A stretch of DNA of 64,000 nt from Diplonema japonicum (lineage: Eukaryota; Protista; Euglenozoa: Diplonemea), in NCBI GenBank assembly GCA_964019335.1, contig OZ025661.1, positions 682,001 through 746,000 on the forward strand, read 5' to 3'. Under the pieces are notes generated by a model. It was not told where the DNA came from. It did no database searches and saw only the letters and a program-made list of their open reading frames with translations. Positions 44,540 through 56,667 of the stretch are shown here, piece by piece. The first letter of the stretch is position 1; every line of letters starts with the position of its first letter. The translations under genes were made by a program, and so were the position numbers.

Positions 44540-44540
<1 letters not shown>
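44401..44540 (-). repeat. Inverted copy of the ~140-bp dispersed repeat
   Basis: Reverse complement of the consensus, followed on + by a long A-run. Confidence 0.9.
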
Positions 44541-44578
<38 letters not shown>

Positions 44579-45946
44579 GTAAGATAATGATCTTCCCATT
44601 ACCCCCTTTTTTTTTTTGTCCCCTTCCCCCCTGCGAGTACCCTTCCCTTGGAGTTCCACCCTAACTTCTTTTTAACTTTTGCTTGCTTTGCTTCACTTGG
44701 TCTAGTAGTGAAATTTCCCATACACTTTGCTCTCTTGTGGTTAGTAATGTAACTACAGTGAGAGTCGTGAAATAAAACCACATACTTATCACCAAGGAAT
44801 GACTTTTTTCTTTTTTTTTTTTCTTTTTTTTCTTTTTTTTAAATCGAGGGACCAAAGAAATATTATGCAGAAGTAAACCTCGATATTTTTTGATATGAGC
44901 TTGTCCGGAAAAAAATGTCAACAAATGACCCTCTTTTGCAACGGAAAATCCTCGGAAAATTTCTAAGTACAAAAGTAGTCCGACACCACTTTGTGTGCAG
45001 AATTGCAGTCTAAGCTTGAACACCATATAGGTCACAATGCACGCCGTTTGTTTCATTTCTAAAACGCGCGTGCAAAAACATGCTTTTTAGAATGGTTTTT
45101 TTTAGTTTTTGGCATCCGGAAATTGTAAATGACCCAGGCTCCATATTCCTTTTTTGTTTTCTTCAATAGAAAGCGAGAAGAAATGGACGCAGATGGGAAA
45201 TCTGTGAAACTTAAGGGGTCATTTTGGGTGGTTTGGGCTCTTTATCACTATTAAAATGGGGTGGGGAAAATACTGCCATTTTGGCCTATTTTGGGCTACA
45301 ATGCCCATTTAGGTTAAAATCCCTTAAGGGCCCTTTAAAAGCAAACTTCTCAATTTTTAATTTGTCATGAGTAAGAAAAAAAATGACAAACCTCAGCAGA
45401 TGGGTAGAGAATGCATGTATGGCCCAAAGATACCGATGTTGAGCAGGCAAGTGTTAAGAATTGGGTTTTCAGGAAAATGGGCCAATTCCCTTAGGAACCC
45501 CTCGAAAAAGCAAAAAATAGGGCTAAAAAAACCGGTTTTTCGGGGCTATGCAACGCCATATATTTTTCGCTAAGTACTTTTAACAGTAACCCGACCCTGG
45601 GTTGTACCCAGGGGTCACAAAGGTGTTCACCACTTTTATGCACCCTAGGTGCTAAGCTGCATTTTAAACATTTTTCGTCGTTTTTCTGACCTCTGTTTTT
45701 CGCTTCCCGGGGGCAACCGGTTGCAAAGCCTGCACCCTCATGGCAAAACAAGCATCGCAATTGAAAGAACGGCGTCATGTACACCATGTATGTCATCTTC
45801 CTATGGTTGCATGCTGCCCTTTTTTTGTTCAAATAATCAAAACAAAGAAATTTTCGGAGGTGCCCAAAAAAATGCTGACATTTTTTTTTTCGGACGAGCT
45901 CATATATTGTTTTCTTGTTCAAGCTTTTAGTTTTTTTAAAAAAATG

Positions 45947-46531
45947 CATAGTATCCAGGGTTAACCGATCACCTTTCGGGTTTTGAGGCCCGAGCAATTT
46001 TAGATTTTCGATCACAGTCGGGTTAATGATCGGTTTTTTTCTAATTTCGGATCGGTTTGATCGATCCAAAACCCATATTTCTAGCAAAAAACAAAATACC
46101 AAGGCCATGCTCAAAAAATCTTTTGTTTTTTTTTCAAAAACCCTATTTTGACGATCTGAGCCCATTCCAGCCATTAAAACTCAAAATAGAGCCTTATTTA
46201 AGGCCTTAAATGCAGTTTTGAGAAAATTGGTTTTCGGACCGGGTCAGCGTCCAAGTTAAAAACAACAGATAAAATGTCCGACGCTATTTTCCTCCTCTTC
46301 CTCCAAGGGATCCTCTGAAGAATCAAAACCAAAAAAACAGCTTTTCGGGAAAATAATCCTTTTCTAAGTCGTTTTGATGCTCCCTGGAATCGGCTTTGTG
46401 TATCTGGGGGGCCCGGGATACGAACATAAGGGTTTTAAGCATGGTTGCATGCTCGCCTTTCATTTGACGTCAATTTAAAACCCGATTGTAATTAAAAACC
46501 CGCGGGTGATCGGTTAACCCTGGATACTGTG
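45947..46531. mobile_element. Non-autonomous TIR element (585 bp), superfamily unassigned
   Basis: 27-bp TIRs CA(T/C)AGTATCCAGGGTTAACCGATCACC at 45947-45973 and 46505-46531. No clear TSD. Confidence 0.75.
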
Positions 46532-46737
46532 ACAACGGATTTTTAAGTGGTCCCTTCGCCATCCCACTTAGCGATCTGAAAGGTTACCATTGTTTTCTTT
46601 CCTTTTTTTTTCTTTTTTTTTTTTTCTTTTTTTTTCCTCTTTACTACACCTATTGAGCCTATGGTAACCTGGTTCCTGATGTTTGCACTGCACGTAAACA
46701 ATCCCCCCACCCTACCGTTGGCTCTCCCTCTCTTTAC

Positions 46738-46771
<34 letters not shown>

Positions 46772-47600
46772 CTTTCTTGCCTTCCCTCCCTCTTTTTTCT
46801 TCTTCGTTTTTATAACTCTTCGAGAGGGGAAAAAAAAAAAAAAAAAACACAATAAATAACAAAAAACAAAGGTTTCATAACACGGGAAAAAAAAAAGAAG
46901 AAGAAAAAAAAAAGAAAACAAAATGACCGGTATTCGGGTTTTTTTTTTAAGAGTAAAGTACTTTATTTTCCCTAGGGAAATATGGAAAACTTTTATTTTT
47001 TCCCGGCTCTAGCCAAAATCCCCTTGGGGGGAATCGCCCCAGCAAAAAACCTTTTTTTTTTTCTTGTTTTTGTTTTTGTTTTTGCTTGGGGAGAAAGGAT
47101 GGCCGTGGAACACAGGGCACTAAAGGGTGTGCAATGGAGGGAATAGCATATGCAACTTATTCAAAGGTTGCGTCGCAAACTTCCTTATGTTTAAACAATC
47201 CCCCCACCCTGCCGTTGGATTTTTTCTTCCTCCCCCTTTTTTTTCTTTTTTTTTTTTTTTCTTTCTTTCTTGCCTTCCCTCCCTCTTTTGTTTTCTTCTT
47301 TTTTATAACTCTTCGAGAGGAAGGAAAAAAAACACACACACCCCTCCCCACAGTTCTTTTTTTTACACCATTTTCTCTCCAATTCCCGCACACTCCGCAC
47401 CGTCGACCAAACGCAAAGCAAGATGTTGATATCCAATACTAACAGGAGGGCAACCGACAATAACAACAACAACAACAGCAACAGCAAGGACAACACCTGC
47501 TCCGCCTTCACCAGGGACTCCGCGTGCCGTGTTTTTAGCTTTGCCAGGATGCACCAGTCCGCGGATACGAGGAGGGAGTGCGGGGAGGAGGTCCTCCCAC

Positions 47601-48698
47601 ATGCCATCCTGCAGTGCGAAAGTCGACAGTGGCGTTCCTGTGGAGGCTCGGGGTCGTTGTTACCAATCGGAGCCAGAGAACGCGCCCGCGGGTATAGTCA
47701 TCATGGCTTCGAGAAACAAGTCCAGGCCTAGGGTGCGCGACACCTTGGGAAAACCAGGAAACCCCACTTTTTTTTCGTCATCGTTTTCACTCGAGCTCCC
47801 TTCCGTCTGCGCGAAGGTTTTCAAAAGCACGCTGTTGGACCGGTACAAGCCTTGCTTCGTGCCGTCTCTCATGAAACCGGTTTCTAAAAAGTTTGAAGAG
47901 ATCACGCTGTCCCGCGCTGGGGTGAAATTACGCGACACACCGAACGCAGGTGGTGCCTCTGTTCGAAGCGAAGTCATGTCTATTGAGGTTTTACAACGGG
48001 CGTTTTCAGCAAGCCTGAAGGCGTCGGAGATGGAGGTCAACTACTACCCGCCAAACGGACCCATCACCGATTTCGTATGCGAGATCAATGGCGAGAACCT
48101 CGGTGTGTCCGTTACACGCGCGTTCCATTTCAGGGGGCAGGAACATTTTTGCCCGGAAGACGCTAGAAGGCTGCTCCGAAAAAAATTAGAGGGTGTGGTC
48201 AAGTCGACAAAAACCGTTCTTTTCCCGGAGTTCAGACGGCAGATTCTCCACGTGTGGTGCAAGTCAAAGAGGATCGCAGAGCTTTTAGAGAAGGAGTACT
48301 ACAGGCTTCGATCAGCTGTTCGTTCAAATACTGTGCTTTTCGTCACTGTTTGTGAGACGGAGTGGTTGTATGATGAGAGGTGCACGCGTCCTGTAAAGGT
48401 GAAGAAGAAGGTTGCTGACAATAAGGGGCCGGCGTATACTCCAGTGTCGGCTAATGGTAGAAAGGCGCGGAGAGCGAGGCAGAGGCATCTTCGTACCATA
48501 AGGCGGAAAGCAGAAACTGCCTTGATGTTCAAGTATATGAAGTTCTATCTGACGGTGGCCACCACCTTCTGTGTGTTCCTTATGGTCTCGATGGGAAGCT
48601 ACCTGGCAAGCCGGACCCCTTCGGTGAGAATTCTCGTCGAAACCTACAATGAAACACAACCGAAATATTTTATTCAAAGGTGCTTTTGTACAACGTAA
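47601..48698 (+). CDS. AAC4-like protein (family of Dictyostelium AAC-rich mRNA clone AAC4) with C-terminal TM helix
   Basis: PNAGGASVRSEVMSIEVL, SEMEVNY, ITDFVC..LGVSVTRA, LLRKKLEGV and RQILHVW. Start uncertain (47601 or 47703). Confidence 0.75.
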   Translation: MPSCSAKVDSGVPVEARGRCYQSEPENAPAGIVIMASRNKSRPRVRDTLGKPGNPTFFSSSFSLELPSVCAKVFKSTLLDRYKPCFVPSLMKPVSKKFEEITLSRAGVKLRDTPNAGGASVRSEVMSIEVLQRAFSASLKASEMEVNYYPPNGPITDFVCEINGENLGVSVTRAFHFRGQEHFCPEDARRLLRKKLEGVVKSTKTVLFPEFRRQILHVWCKSKRIAELLEKEYYRLRSAVRSNTVLFVTVCETEWLYDERCTRPVKVKKKVADNKGPAYTPVSANGRKARRARQRHLRTIRRKAETALMFKYMKFYLTVATTFCVFLMVSMGSYLASRTPSVRILVETYNETQPKYFIQRCFCTT

Positions 48699-48699
48699 G

Positions 48700-48733
<34 letters not shown>

Positions 48734-49818
48734 TAGCATGCACTTTTTTTTTTTTCCCCTCTCAAAAAATGCTGCGCGGCTGAAGAAAAAAAAAAAGAAG
48801 AAAAAAAAAGTGGGGATTACGGACGAGGAAAATTTAGAAGAAAAAAAAGAGGAAAGAGTACTTGGGGGAGGGGGGGGTGAATTGTCTCGGTCAACAAATA
48901 TTTTATTCTAACCTTGCTCAGGACCTGGAGGTATATTTGCCTTTCCCCTCGCCTCCTTTTTTTTTTCTTTTTTTTTTCTTTGTCTCGTTCCATTTACCAA
49001 CACAGTTTAGTTGCTCCCTCCCTCTGTCCCCACTTTATAAAAAAAAAAAAATAATAATAATTTCGGCCTGCTGCAGCTTTCTATTTTTTACGTAGTACCA
49101 CTTCGGTTAACAAATCCGATTTTTTTTTTATTATTATTATTATAAAAACCTTCTTGTTCAGATGAAAATTTCCAATTTCCCTGTTCCGAGCAAAAAAAAA
49201 AAAAAAAAAAAAAAAAGAAGAAACCTACTTTTTTTTTTTTCCTTCCACAATTCTGTTTATTATATGCCTTTGCTCGTGTGAACACAGTGACGGGATTTTA
49301 TTCTCCTCTTAAAATAATTTAAGCTTTTGTGTCTATTTTTTTTTGTCTCTGATCCACTTTTTTTTTTTCTTCTCAGAGGCCCTTAGAAAAAAAAAAGAAG
49401 AAGAAGAAAAACCAAAAAAAAAAAAACGAAAAAACAGCAAAAAGAAAAAGCCCTTTCCACTTTTTTTTTCCCTTTATTCTCCCTCTCTTCCTTTGTTTTC
49501 ATTCTCATCCCCCCATTTTGTGTGCTACAAAAAGATTTTTGCTGTAAGTTCCCTCTCTCTTCCTTTTTTTTCTTCTTTCTTTCTTTTCTTTTTTTCCCGC
49601 TTCTTTCTCTTCTTCTTCTTTTTTTTTTTTTTTTTTCCATTTGTTTATTATTACTATTGATCTCCTTGCTCAAAAATATAAAAACAAAACAAAAAAACAG
49701 GGGGGGGGGCAATTTCCTCTCCATTCTCAATCCCCTTCTCCCAAATGATTTGCTAGCACGTCACCCTTCTTTTTTTTTTTTTCTTTTTTTTTCTTCTTCT
49801 AAGAAATCCATCGGAAGA

Positions 49819-51651
49819 ATGGACCCCGTGCATCTTCCAAAGCACGTTAGAAACAGCAAAGCGCTGCAAGGTCGACTAGCGTATACCTGCGGGGGCGTGA
49901 GGGTAAAATGCGGCCGGTTCTTGAAAACGGAAGAGGAGAAGCTCCTAGTGGTCACCGACAGACACATCATACTATTCAGCAAAAACGGAGAAACAGAACG
50001 TCTCGCAAGACTATCGGACATAGAAAACCTGACAGAAAGAAAACGCAACGGAGCGCGAGCGCGACTCATTATAATCTCTTTCTTCGAAGAGCTCAAGGAA
50101 CCATCCCTCTCCGTGGCCGTCGAAAAACTGTTGTCGGAAAAACTTCTGAGCACGGTACAATACTTCAGAATGAAGGAGAGAGGCGACACGCTTTTCGTAA
50201 ACTACGGCGATCCCACTGACGAATACAGCATGCCAGTTTACGACAAGCATCCCACAATTCCAGGGTACGTCCCGCCCGACGAAAAAATGGAAATGACGAC
50301 TAAATACCTCGCTCGTGGAACGGTCAGGCCGTCTAGCAACGAGTTTGGAAGTACAGTGGCAGGGTGTACCCCGCAGAGATGTTCATATCTGTTTAAATTT
50401 CTGCTGCAGGCTCCGAGACATCTCACCGCCGATCTTTACCTGAAATGCAAGATTGAAAAATTTTCTGGAAAATCAAAACAGAGCCCGAGGTGTCTTCGGA
50501 TCACTTCCAAGCACCTCGCTCTTTCCAAGCCAAACGGCACCATGTCACAGCTGGCCAGACTCTCCGACATCGAAGACATAACAATCCACAAGACAAAAGT
50601 ATGTATCAAGTTCTTCCCGGAACTGTTCGAACCAACACTGTTGTTCACGGTTGTTGAACCGTCGGCGGATGCTTTGCTGGGTGTTGTAAAACACTTCAGG
50701 GAGTTGGAGCGAAACGGTGAAGAATTACCGCACAGCGGACCCGTTCCAGAATGGGGCTCGAAGGGGTATCTATGGGAAAAACCGGACCAGTTTTCCAGCC
50801 CGTCGGAGAAAATCAAACACAGTACAAAACACTTATCACAAGGAAGCGTGCGGAAATCACAGTCTGTTGTAAACTACTCGAGCTCGTTCCACACCAAACC
50901 GGGTTTTTTGAGGCTCGGTCCGCCCAGGGTATGGGGAGAAGAACGAGAATTCTCCATATCCGGCGTGGGTTCCTTGGGGATGGAACTTGACAAATACCTC
51001 AGAATTATCAGCGTGGCCGCCGGTTCGAGAGCAGCGAGGTCGGGTGTTCCCAAAGGCGGTTTTTTAGTTTCCGTTGATCGCGAGTATCATGACAGCTATT
51101 CTGGTGTAATGGAGAAGGTACGGAGTATTTCACGAAGTTGTACTCCGTGCATACTCACAGTGGAGATGCCCTATGTGTTGGTGCCACCGCCGGAAACTGC
51201 TGAATACCGTGTTGCGCCTGGAAAGCTTGGTATAGAATTAGACGGGCACTTGAAAATTTTGAATGTTGAGAAGGATTCTGAGGCGGAGAAGTCGGCCGTG
51301 CCTGTGGGAGGGCTTCTTCGTGGTGTTGATGATATTGACACCCGCCCCTTGGAGCTGCAGGATGTTCTGTCCATCTTCGAAAAATTGGAGGGCAGGGAGT
51401 GTGTTTTGCTGATCGGAAACCCTGTCGAAAACAGTTGCAATTTTACGCCTGGGGATCTCGGGATGCGCCTTTCTGACTGGCTTCAGGTCATCGAGGTGAA
51501 GAGGCAGAGCGCGGCAGAGAAGGCTGGGGTATGTGTCGACGATGTAGTGAGAAGGGTGAACGGGGAGCTTGTCCTGAGCAGGCAGGAGGCCGAGGAGAGG
51601 ATTAGAACTCTGAACAACGGGAAGAGACCATTCTTCATTACTGTCGTGTGA
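49819..51651 (+). CDS. Scaffold protein with two PH-like repeats and three PDZ domains
   Basis: Duplicated unit L.(V/I)T..H..L...NG....LARLSDIE..I.FF.EL.EP.L. PDZ signatures LGMEL..IISVAAGSRAARSGV, LGIEL..VEKDSEAEKSAV and LGMRL..VKRQSAAEKAGV. Confidence 0.75.
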   Translation: MDPVHLPKHVRNSKALQGRLAYTCGGVRVKCGRFLKTEEEKLLVVTDRHIILFSKNGETERLARLSDIENLTERKRNGARARLIIISFFEELKEPSLSVAVEKLLSEKLLSTVQYFRMKERGDTLFVNYGDPTDEYSMPVYDKHPTIPGYVPPDEKMEMTTKYLARGTVRPSSNEFGSTVAGCTPQRCSYLFKFLLQAPRHLTADLYLKCKIEKFSGKSKQSPRCLRITSKHLALSKPNGTMSQLARLSDIEDITIHKTKVCIKFFPELFEPTLLFTVVEPSADALLGVVKHFRELERNGEELPHSGPVPEWGSKGYLWEKPDQFSSPSEKIKHSTKHLSQGSVRKSQSVVNYSSSFHTKPGFLRLGPPRVWGEEREFSISGVGSLGMELDKYLRIISVAAGSRAARSGVPKGGFLVSVDREYHDSYSGVMEKVRSISRSCTPCILTVEMPYVLVPPPETAEYRVAPGKLGIELDGHLKILNVEKDSEAEKSAVPVGGLLRGVDDIDTRPLELQDVLSIFEKLEGRECVLLIGNPVENSCNFTPGDLGMRLSDWLQVIEVKRQSAAEKAGVCVDDVVRRVNGELVLSRQEAEERIRTLNNGKRPFFITVV

Positions 51652-51664
51652 CACCCCCCTTTTT

Positions 51665-52100
51665 TTTATTTAATTCTGAGCAGCTTTCTTAAAGAAATTT
51701 AGGCTAGAAGAAATAAAATTTTAGGTACTTTACTTCACGCCCGGTCATTTTCTAGCAAAATGGGCGGGAAAACCGACGGTGGCGGGATGGAAGACACGCT
51801 TCCAACGGCAAGCAAAATGGCCCACAGGAAGGAGTAGGAGAGGTTTTGCCCCTACCACTCGCTCTGGACGAGCTATAGTAGGCTCAATGGAGTGATGAAC
51901 CCTGTACCCAGTACCGTGTTCATGTAAGTAAAGACTCGCAACAAGCAGGCAGCAGCGAAGCCACACTCAGCACCCAAATTCTTTGCGAGAGCAGCTCATC
52001 ATTAAATAAAATGTAGTATTGAATAAAAATCAGAGCATGATTTCACTTGTGGGGTCCCCTTTTTGCACTCGCCTATCTGATTTTTATTTAATAAATAGCT
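51665..52100 (+). mobile_element. Internally deleted Crypton-like element
   Basis: Frameshifted FAPTT-LWTSYSRLNGVM at about 51845-51900. The 3' part TAAATAAAATGTAGTATT..ATGATTTCACTTGTGG matches 59285-59335. Confidence 0.6.
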
Positions 52101-52403
52101 AAAATTACCCTATATTCACCTCTTTTTTCATCAGTGTTCTTTTTTGGGAGGGGGGGTTTTTTTTTGACCACACCCAGGACGAAAAAAAAAATAATAATAA
52201 CTGACCAAGTGGTCAATTATTATTCTACTCGTCCTTGGGTCACCTGCACTAGAATAAAATTATCAAAAATATAAAAAAAATTAAAAAGTAATCTAAGACT
52301 TTGAAAAAAAAAAAAAGAAGAAGAAAAAGAAAGTGGGTGGTGTGCCTTTAAATGGCCCCCGATCTTCTTATCCTCCATGAGCAAGCACCCCCATGCCTTC
52401 TTA

Positions 52404-52434
<31 letters not shown>

Positions 52435-53032
52435 TCTTCATATTTTTTTTTTATTATTATTCCTAAAACAGAAAAAAAAAGAGTAAAAAGAAGAAAGAAA
52501 AAAAAAAGAAAAAAAAGAGGGGGAGAGATTACAAAATAAAAAGAAATACAATATTACACTAACTTACAAGCATGGTCAAAAAAAAGAAAATTCTGGGAAG
52601 AGAAAAAAGAAAAAAAGCAATGCGTTAATTAGTTGTACCTGGAAGCGATTCCCTTTCTTATGATTTAGATGACTGATTTACACCCCTGGTACTTCCTTTT
52701 TTCTTTTCTTTTCTTTTTTCTTTTGCTTTGAAACAAACAAAAACAAAAACCAAATTCCAACGAAGGCCCCGCAAACTAATGTGGTTTCACTTATGGCTAC
52801 ATCTGTCTGCTGGCTTGCTTTGGAACCTCTAGGTTTTCGGTTTTTTTTATTTTCTTTTTTATTTATTTATTTTTATTTTATTTCCCTCCCCTGTCATTTC
52901 CTTTGAGAGCCCCGGAACTTTATTTATTTCCTCATGTTTTCTTTAGAACTTTACAATGGGGCGCAAGGCGAAGTGGCATGTCTTCCGTTCAAAGAACAAC
53001 GCAGGGCTGCTTGTCCAGTGCAAGAATGAGAG

Positions 53033-53257
53033 CCTGTTGCCCAGCCTATAGGCAAGACAACATTTTACCAGCTAGGTATTTATCTTGCACAAAAGTTAGG
53101 CCTCAGCAATGCTGAGGTTTATGCGTCATACGCGTTTCCTCGAAGCTTTGCTACTGAGGGTTCGGCCTCAGGTGCGACGGCCTCACAGCTTGCTACTCAT
53201 TTAAGGTGGCAAAGCGATGGCATGGCGAGTCGGTATCGAGCAGCCCACAAGCTCTGA
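53033..53257 (+). pseudogene. Tyrosine recombinase catalytic C-terminal fragment (Crypton-like)
   Basis: Hand translation: PVAQPIGKTTFYQLGIYLAQKLGLSNAEVYASYAFPRSFATEGSASGATASQLATHLRWQSDGMASRYRAAHKL*. This has a decayed H-x-x-R box, then W and the catalytic Tyr in YR spacing. Confidence 0.7.
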
Positions 53258-53782
53258 ACGATATGACTTTAAGCAAGGAGTGGAAGTTACTCAGCCACAA
53301 GTACAGGTTACTCAACCACAAATAGCCCAAGTACCCGAAGTTCGTGTTTACATAATTATCAACAAGAGCAATTGATGATTGATATTTCCCGCAAAATTGT
53401 TTCTTATTCTCTTCAGCCTTCACAAATCTCCAGGTAATTCAGCTATTCGGGAAAAGTACTCTCCAACCTGCTGCGACACTAGTAGGAGCCATTGAAGGGT
53501 GCCTCTCGCCTGAAGAGGACAGCACCTGGAGGAGTCGCAAGATATCTGAAACTGAGAGATACCTAGTACTGACCATACTGATTATACCCCTTCCCTTTTT
53601 AGGGCGGCTTCCGTCTCAGGGAGCTTGTATGTTGATTTGAATTTTATTTGCCTTCAGCCTTACAAATCTCCAGGTAGAAATGTACTGCCAGTTGTCGTCG
53701 GGAAATAAAAAAAAAAAAAAAAAAAATATTGGATTGTTAAAGCAAAGTGAACTTTATTTATTCAAAAATCAATAGTTATTAT

Positions 53783-55565
53783 CCCCTAAACGCCCGCGCG
53801 GACGTTTTTGTCCTTATTTCAAAATTTGCTTTTTCGCTAAGTACTTTTTTTTGAACACGGCCCCTGGACTTCAAAATATGGCATTGTTGCGCGGTTTATT
53901 TTGTCTTGGAACTACATTTTGCGTTAAAAGTTTTGTTTTAATTGAAACCGGCAGGGTTGGCTTAAAATGAAATCAGATGGTCAAAATAGCAGCGAAAACG
54001 TGAGTCTCCCCCGACTGGTCAGAAAAAGAAGAAAAAGACGATGAGGCGGTCAAAGAGGGGCCGGAAACGATGTTTGGGTGGGAGAAATACTCCCAAAGGC
54101 CCGAAACATATCATTTCCGTAAAAAGGTGGGCTTAGGACACCTCTAGGTGAAGCGGCCAATGAGGAGGGTGTTTTTAATCTTTTTTTTTACACACGCGGT
54201 ACTTGAGCTCATAGTTTCTTCCACGAACGGTCGTTTCGGTTCAAAAAAACAGCGGAATCTGAATCTTTCCATCCCAGAGTACAAAATTTGGCTTGGGTTG
54301 GTCCTGTTAATGGGTTTACGCTCGGCACCGAACATGAAGAGCTACTGGACAACAAAGTCTAATTTAACCATCCCGGCTCTTGAGAAAATGAGCAAACCGA
54401 TTCGTTGACATACAGCGCTACCTCACCTTTGACAACCTGGAAAGCATTTGGAAGGCCTGAAACTGCACCTCATGCGCAGGTTTCTTGACATCATTGTCAA
54501 CCGGTGTAGGACTGTGCGGACCCCTGGCAAGTGGTTGTCTGTTGACGACAGTGTTATCCCGACAACAATAAAAGTCATGGCACCACGAAAAAGCAACTCG
54601 GTGGGCATCAAGGTAATCGCTACATGCGACTCATAAAACTGTTACCTGGCGAATTTCAACATTTTCAGCAAGAAGTCCACAACACAGGACCTAGTCATGC
54701 GTACTGTCGACTCCTAAGGGTTTGCTGTCGACCCCTGACCTGCAAGACCAGCTCCAGGGGGGACTGGAGTTCGGCATATGAAAACCCGGAAGTGGACCAT
54801 GGTCGTTTTTTATTGGGTCCTGGAAAGCTGTGTTGCCAACCCCTCCATAATCTGGAAGAAGAGCAGGGAATGTGGCAAAAATTATGGCTTCCCGAGCTTC
54901 AAAGAAGAACTTGTTGGCAAGCTTCTCACCCATGCCCCAAAAACCGATAGCACACACCCCCCGACAACACCGTCACCGACCCCCAAGCGCAAACACGCTA
55001 GCAATGAGGATTCCCTCACTCAGAAATACCCAAAACGTCTCGATTTGACCCTAAATCACACCTCCGAGACCCTGATGAACGGAACGAAGGTGAGGAGGGT
55101 GCTCTATGCTGTTCCTGGGTACGGGAAGAAGGTGCAAACGTGGTGCCCCTGTTGCAAAACCCCCTTATGCAAAACGTGTTTTTTACCCTTGCATGCTACC
55201 CCAGCTGGAAAAAAAACTCACAAGTTGCTTTTTTCATCCCACAGCCCCAAAAAGTCTCCAGACTCAATCCTAGAGTTCAGGGCACCAAATAGGGCTGAAT
55301 GCTGCCCTATTTACCCCAGCCATAACTCCACGGACCCCCTACGACAAGACCCCCCAAAATCGGACATAAAAAGTACACCTTCAATCCCCCTCTTACACAC
55401 ATAGTTAAGTGTTCTCATCTGAATCTGGCACCTGGAATTGAAAATTTTAGTACCGTTTACCCTTTCCTTGCACCTTCCTATGGTTGCATGCTGCCCTTTT
55501 TTTGAGTATTTAAAGCAACAACGAAAATGGGGGGGTACCGTAGATAGGCTCCGGGCGTTTAGGGG
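53783..55565 (+). mobile_element. piggyBac DNA transposon with decayed transposase, 14-bp TIRs and TTAT TSD
   Basis: TIRs CCCCTAAACGCCCG / CGGGCGTTTAGGGG with TTAT on both sides. Peptides FFTHAVLELIVSSTN, WLGLVLLMG..YWTT, LSVDDSVIP, GIKVIATCDS, RKWTMVVFYWVLESCVAN and C-terminal CPCCKTPLCKTCFLPLH. Confidence 0.92.
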
Positions 55566-55593
55566 TTATTTATTTCAATTTATTTTTTGCTTC

Positions 55594-55645
<52 letters not shown>

Positions 55646-55892
55646 TTACAAATATTTATCTTTCAAAAAATGATTTTATAACTTTATGCAAAGCAAAAAA
55701 CTTTCGCAGCTTTTTAAAAATCTTTTTTGCTCGTGTGAACAACAAAGACATATAGTCATAAAGAATTATTATTTTTTTTTAAACAAGGAACACTTCTTGT
55801 GTAAGACTTTTTTTTTTTTCTTTCTTTTTAGGCGGGCCGTTGCTAACTTCGTTCCTATCATAGTGAATTTTTTTTTTCCCAAAACAAACAAA

Positions 55893-55959
<67 letters not shown>

Positions 55960-56667
55960 CAAATTCCAGCGAAGGCCCCCGCAAACTAATGTGGTTCCAC
56001 TTATGGCTATATCTGTCTGCAGGCTGCTTGGAACTTTCCTAGGTTTTTAGGTTTTTTTGTTGTTATAAAAAATAGGCCTTGTCGGTGGCGCTCGACAAGG
56101 GCTTAGTAAAGCGAGGAGCGAAATGAACACGAGCAAAGACATCTAGTCATAAATAATATTTTTTTTTTGTTTCAATTTATTCTTTTTTTCTTTTTGGGGA
56201 CCCATTCTACTACGTCTTGCTACTACAACCTAAGCCTAAGACGTAGGAAAGAAAGCTATGAAAGAAAAGAAAGAACACGGGAAGAAAGGCGCTTTAAAAA
56301 AAAAAAATCTTTTTCTTTTTTCTCTTATTACTTTTTTCACGCGAGCCGAACCATTTTTTTTTTTTTTTTTTTCCCTGGACAAGACCGGCAAGAAAAAAAA
56401 AAGAAAACACAAAAATTGAACCGCTGGCGTGCCCAGTCTGTGCGATGACAACTTCTTTCTGTTGACCTTTCACGAGAAAGCCATCGCGTTCAATCGTCAC
56501 AACACCAATCTTTCCCCCCTCCCCGCATTTTTTCCCCTCCCCCCTCCTCTGTTTCTCGCAAAAAAAAAAAAAAAAAAAAAAAAAAAACAGGTCCCCCCTT
56601 GGGGGGGTGCGTGGGGGGGTGGAGAGAGAAAGAAACCAAAAAAAAAAATAAAAATAAAAATAAAGAA

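Noticed and set aside
47423-47731. Asn-rich ORF upstream of the AAC4-like gene
   Set aside because: Different frame and an (AAC)n microsatellite; cannot be joined without an unsupported frameshift.
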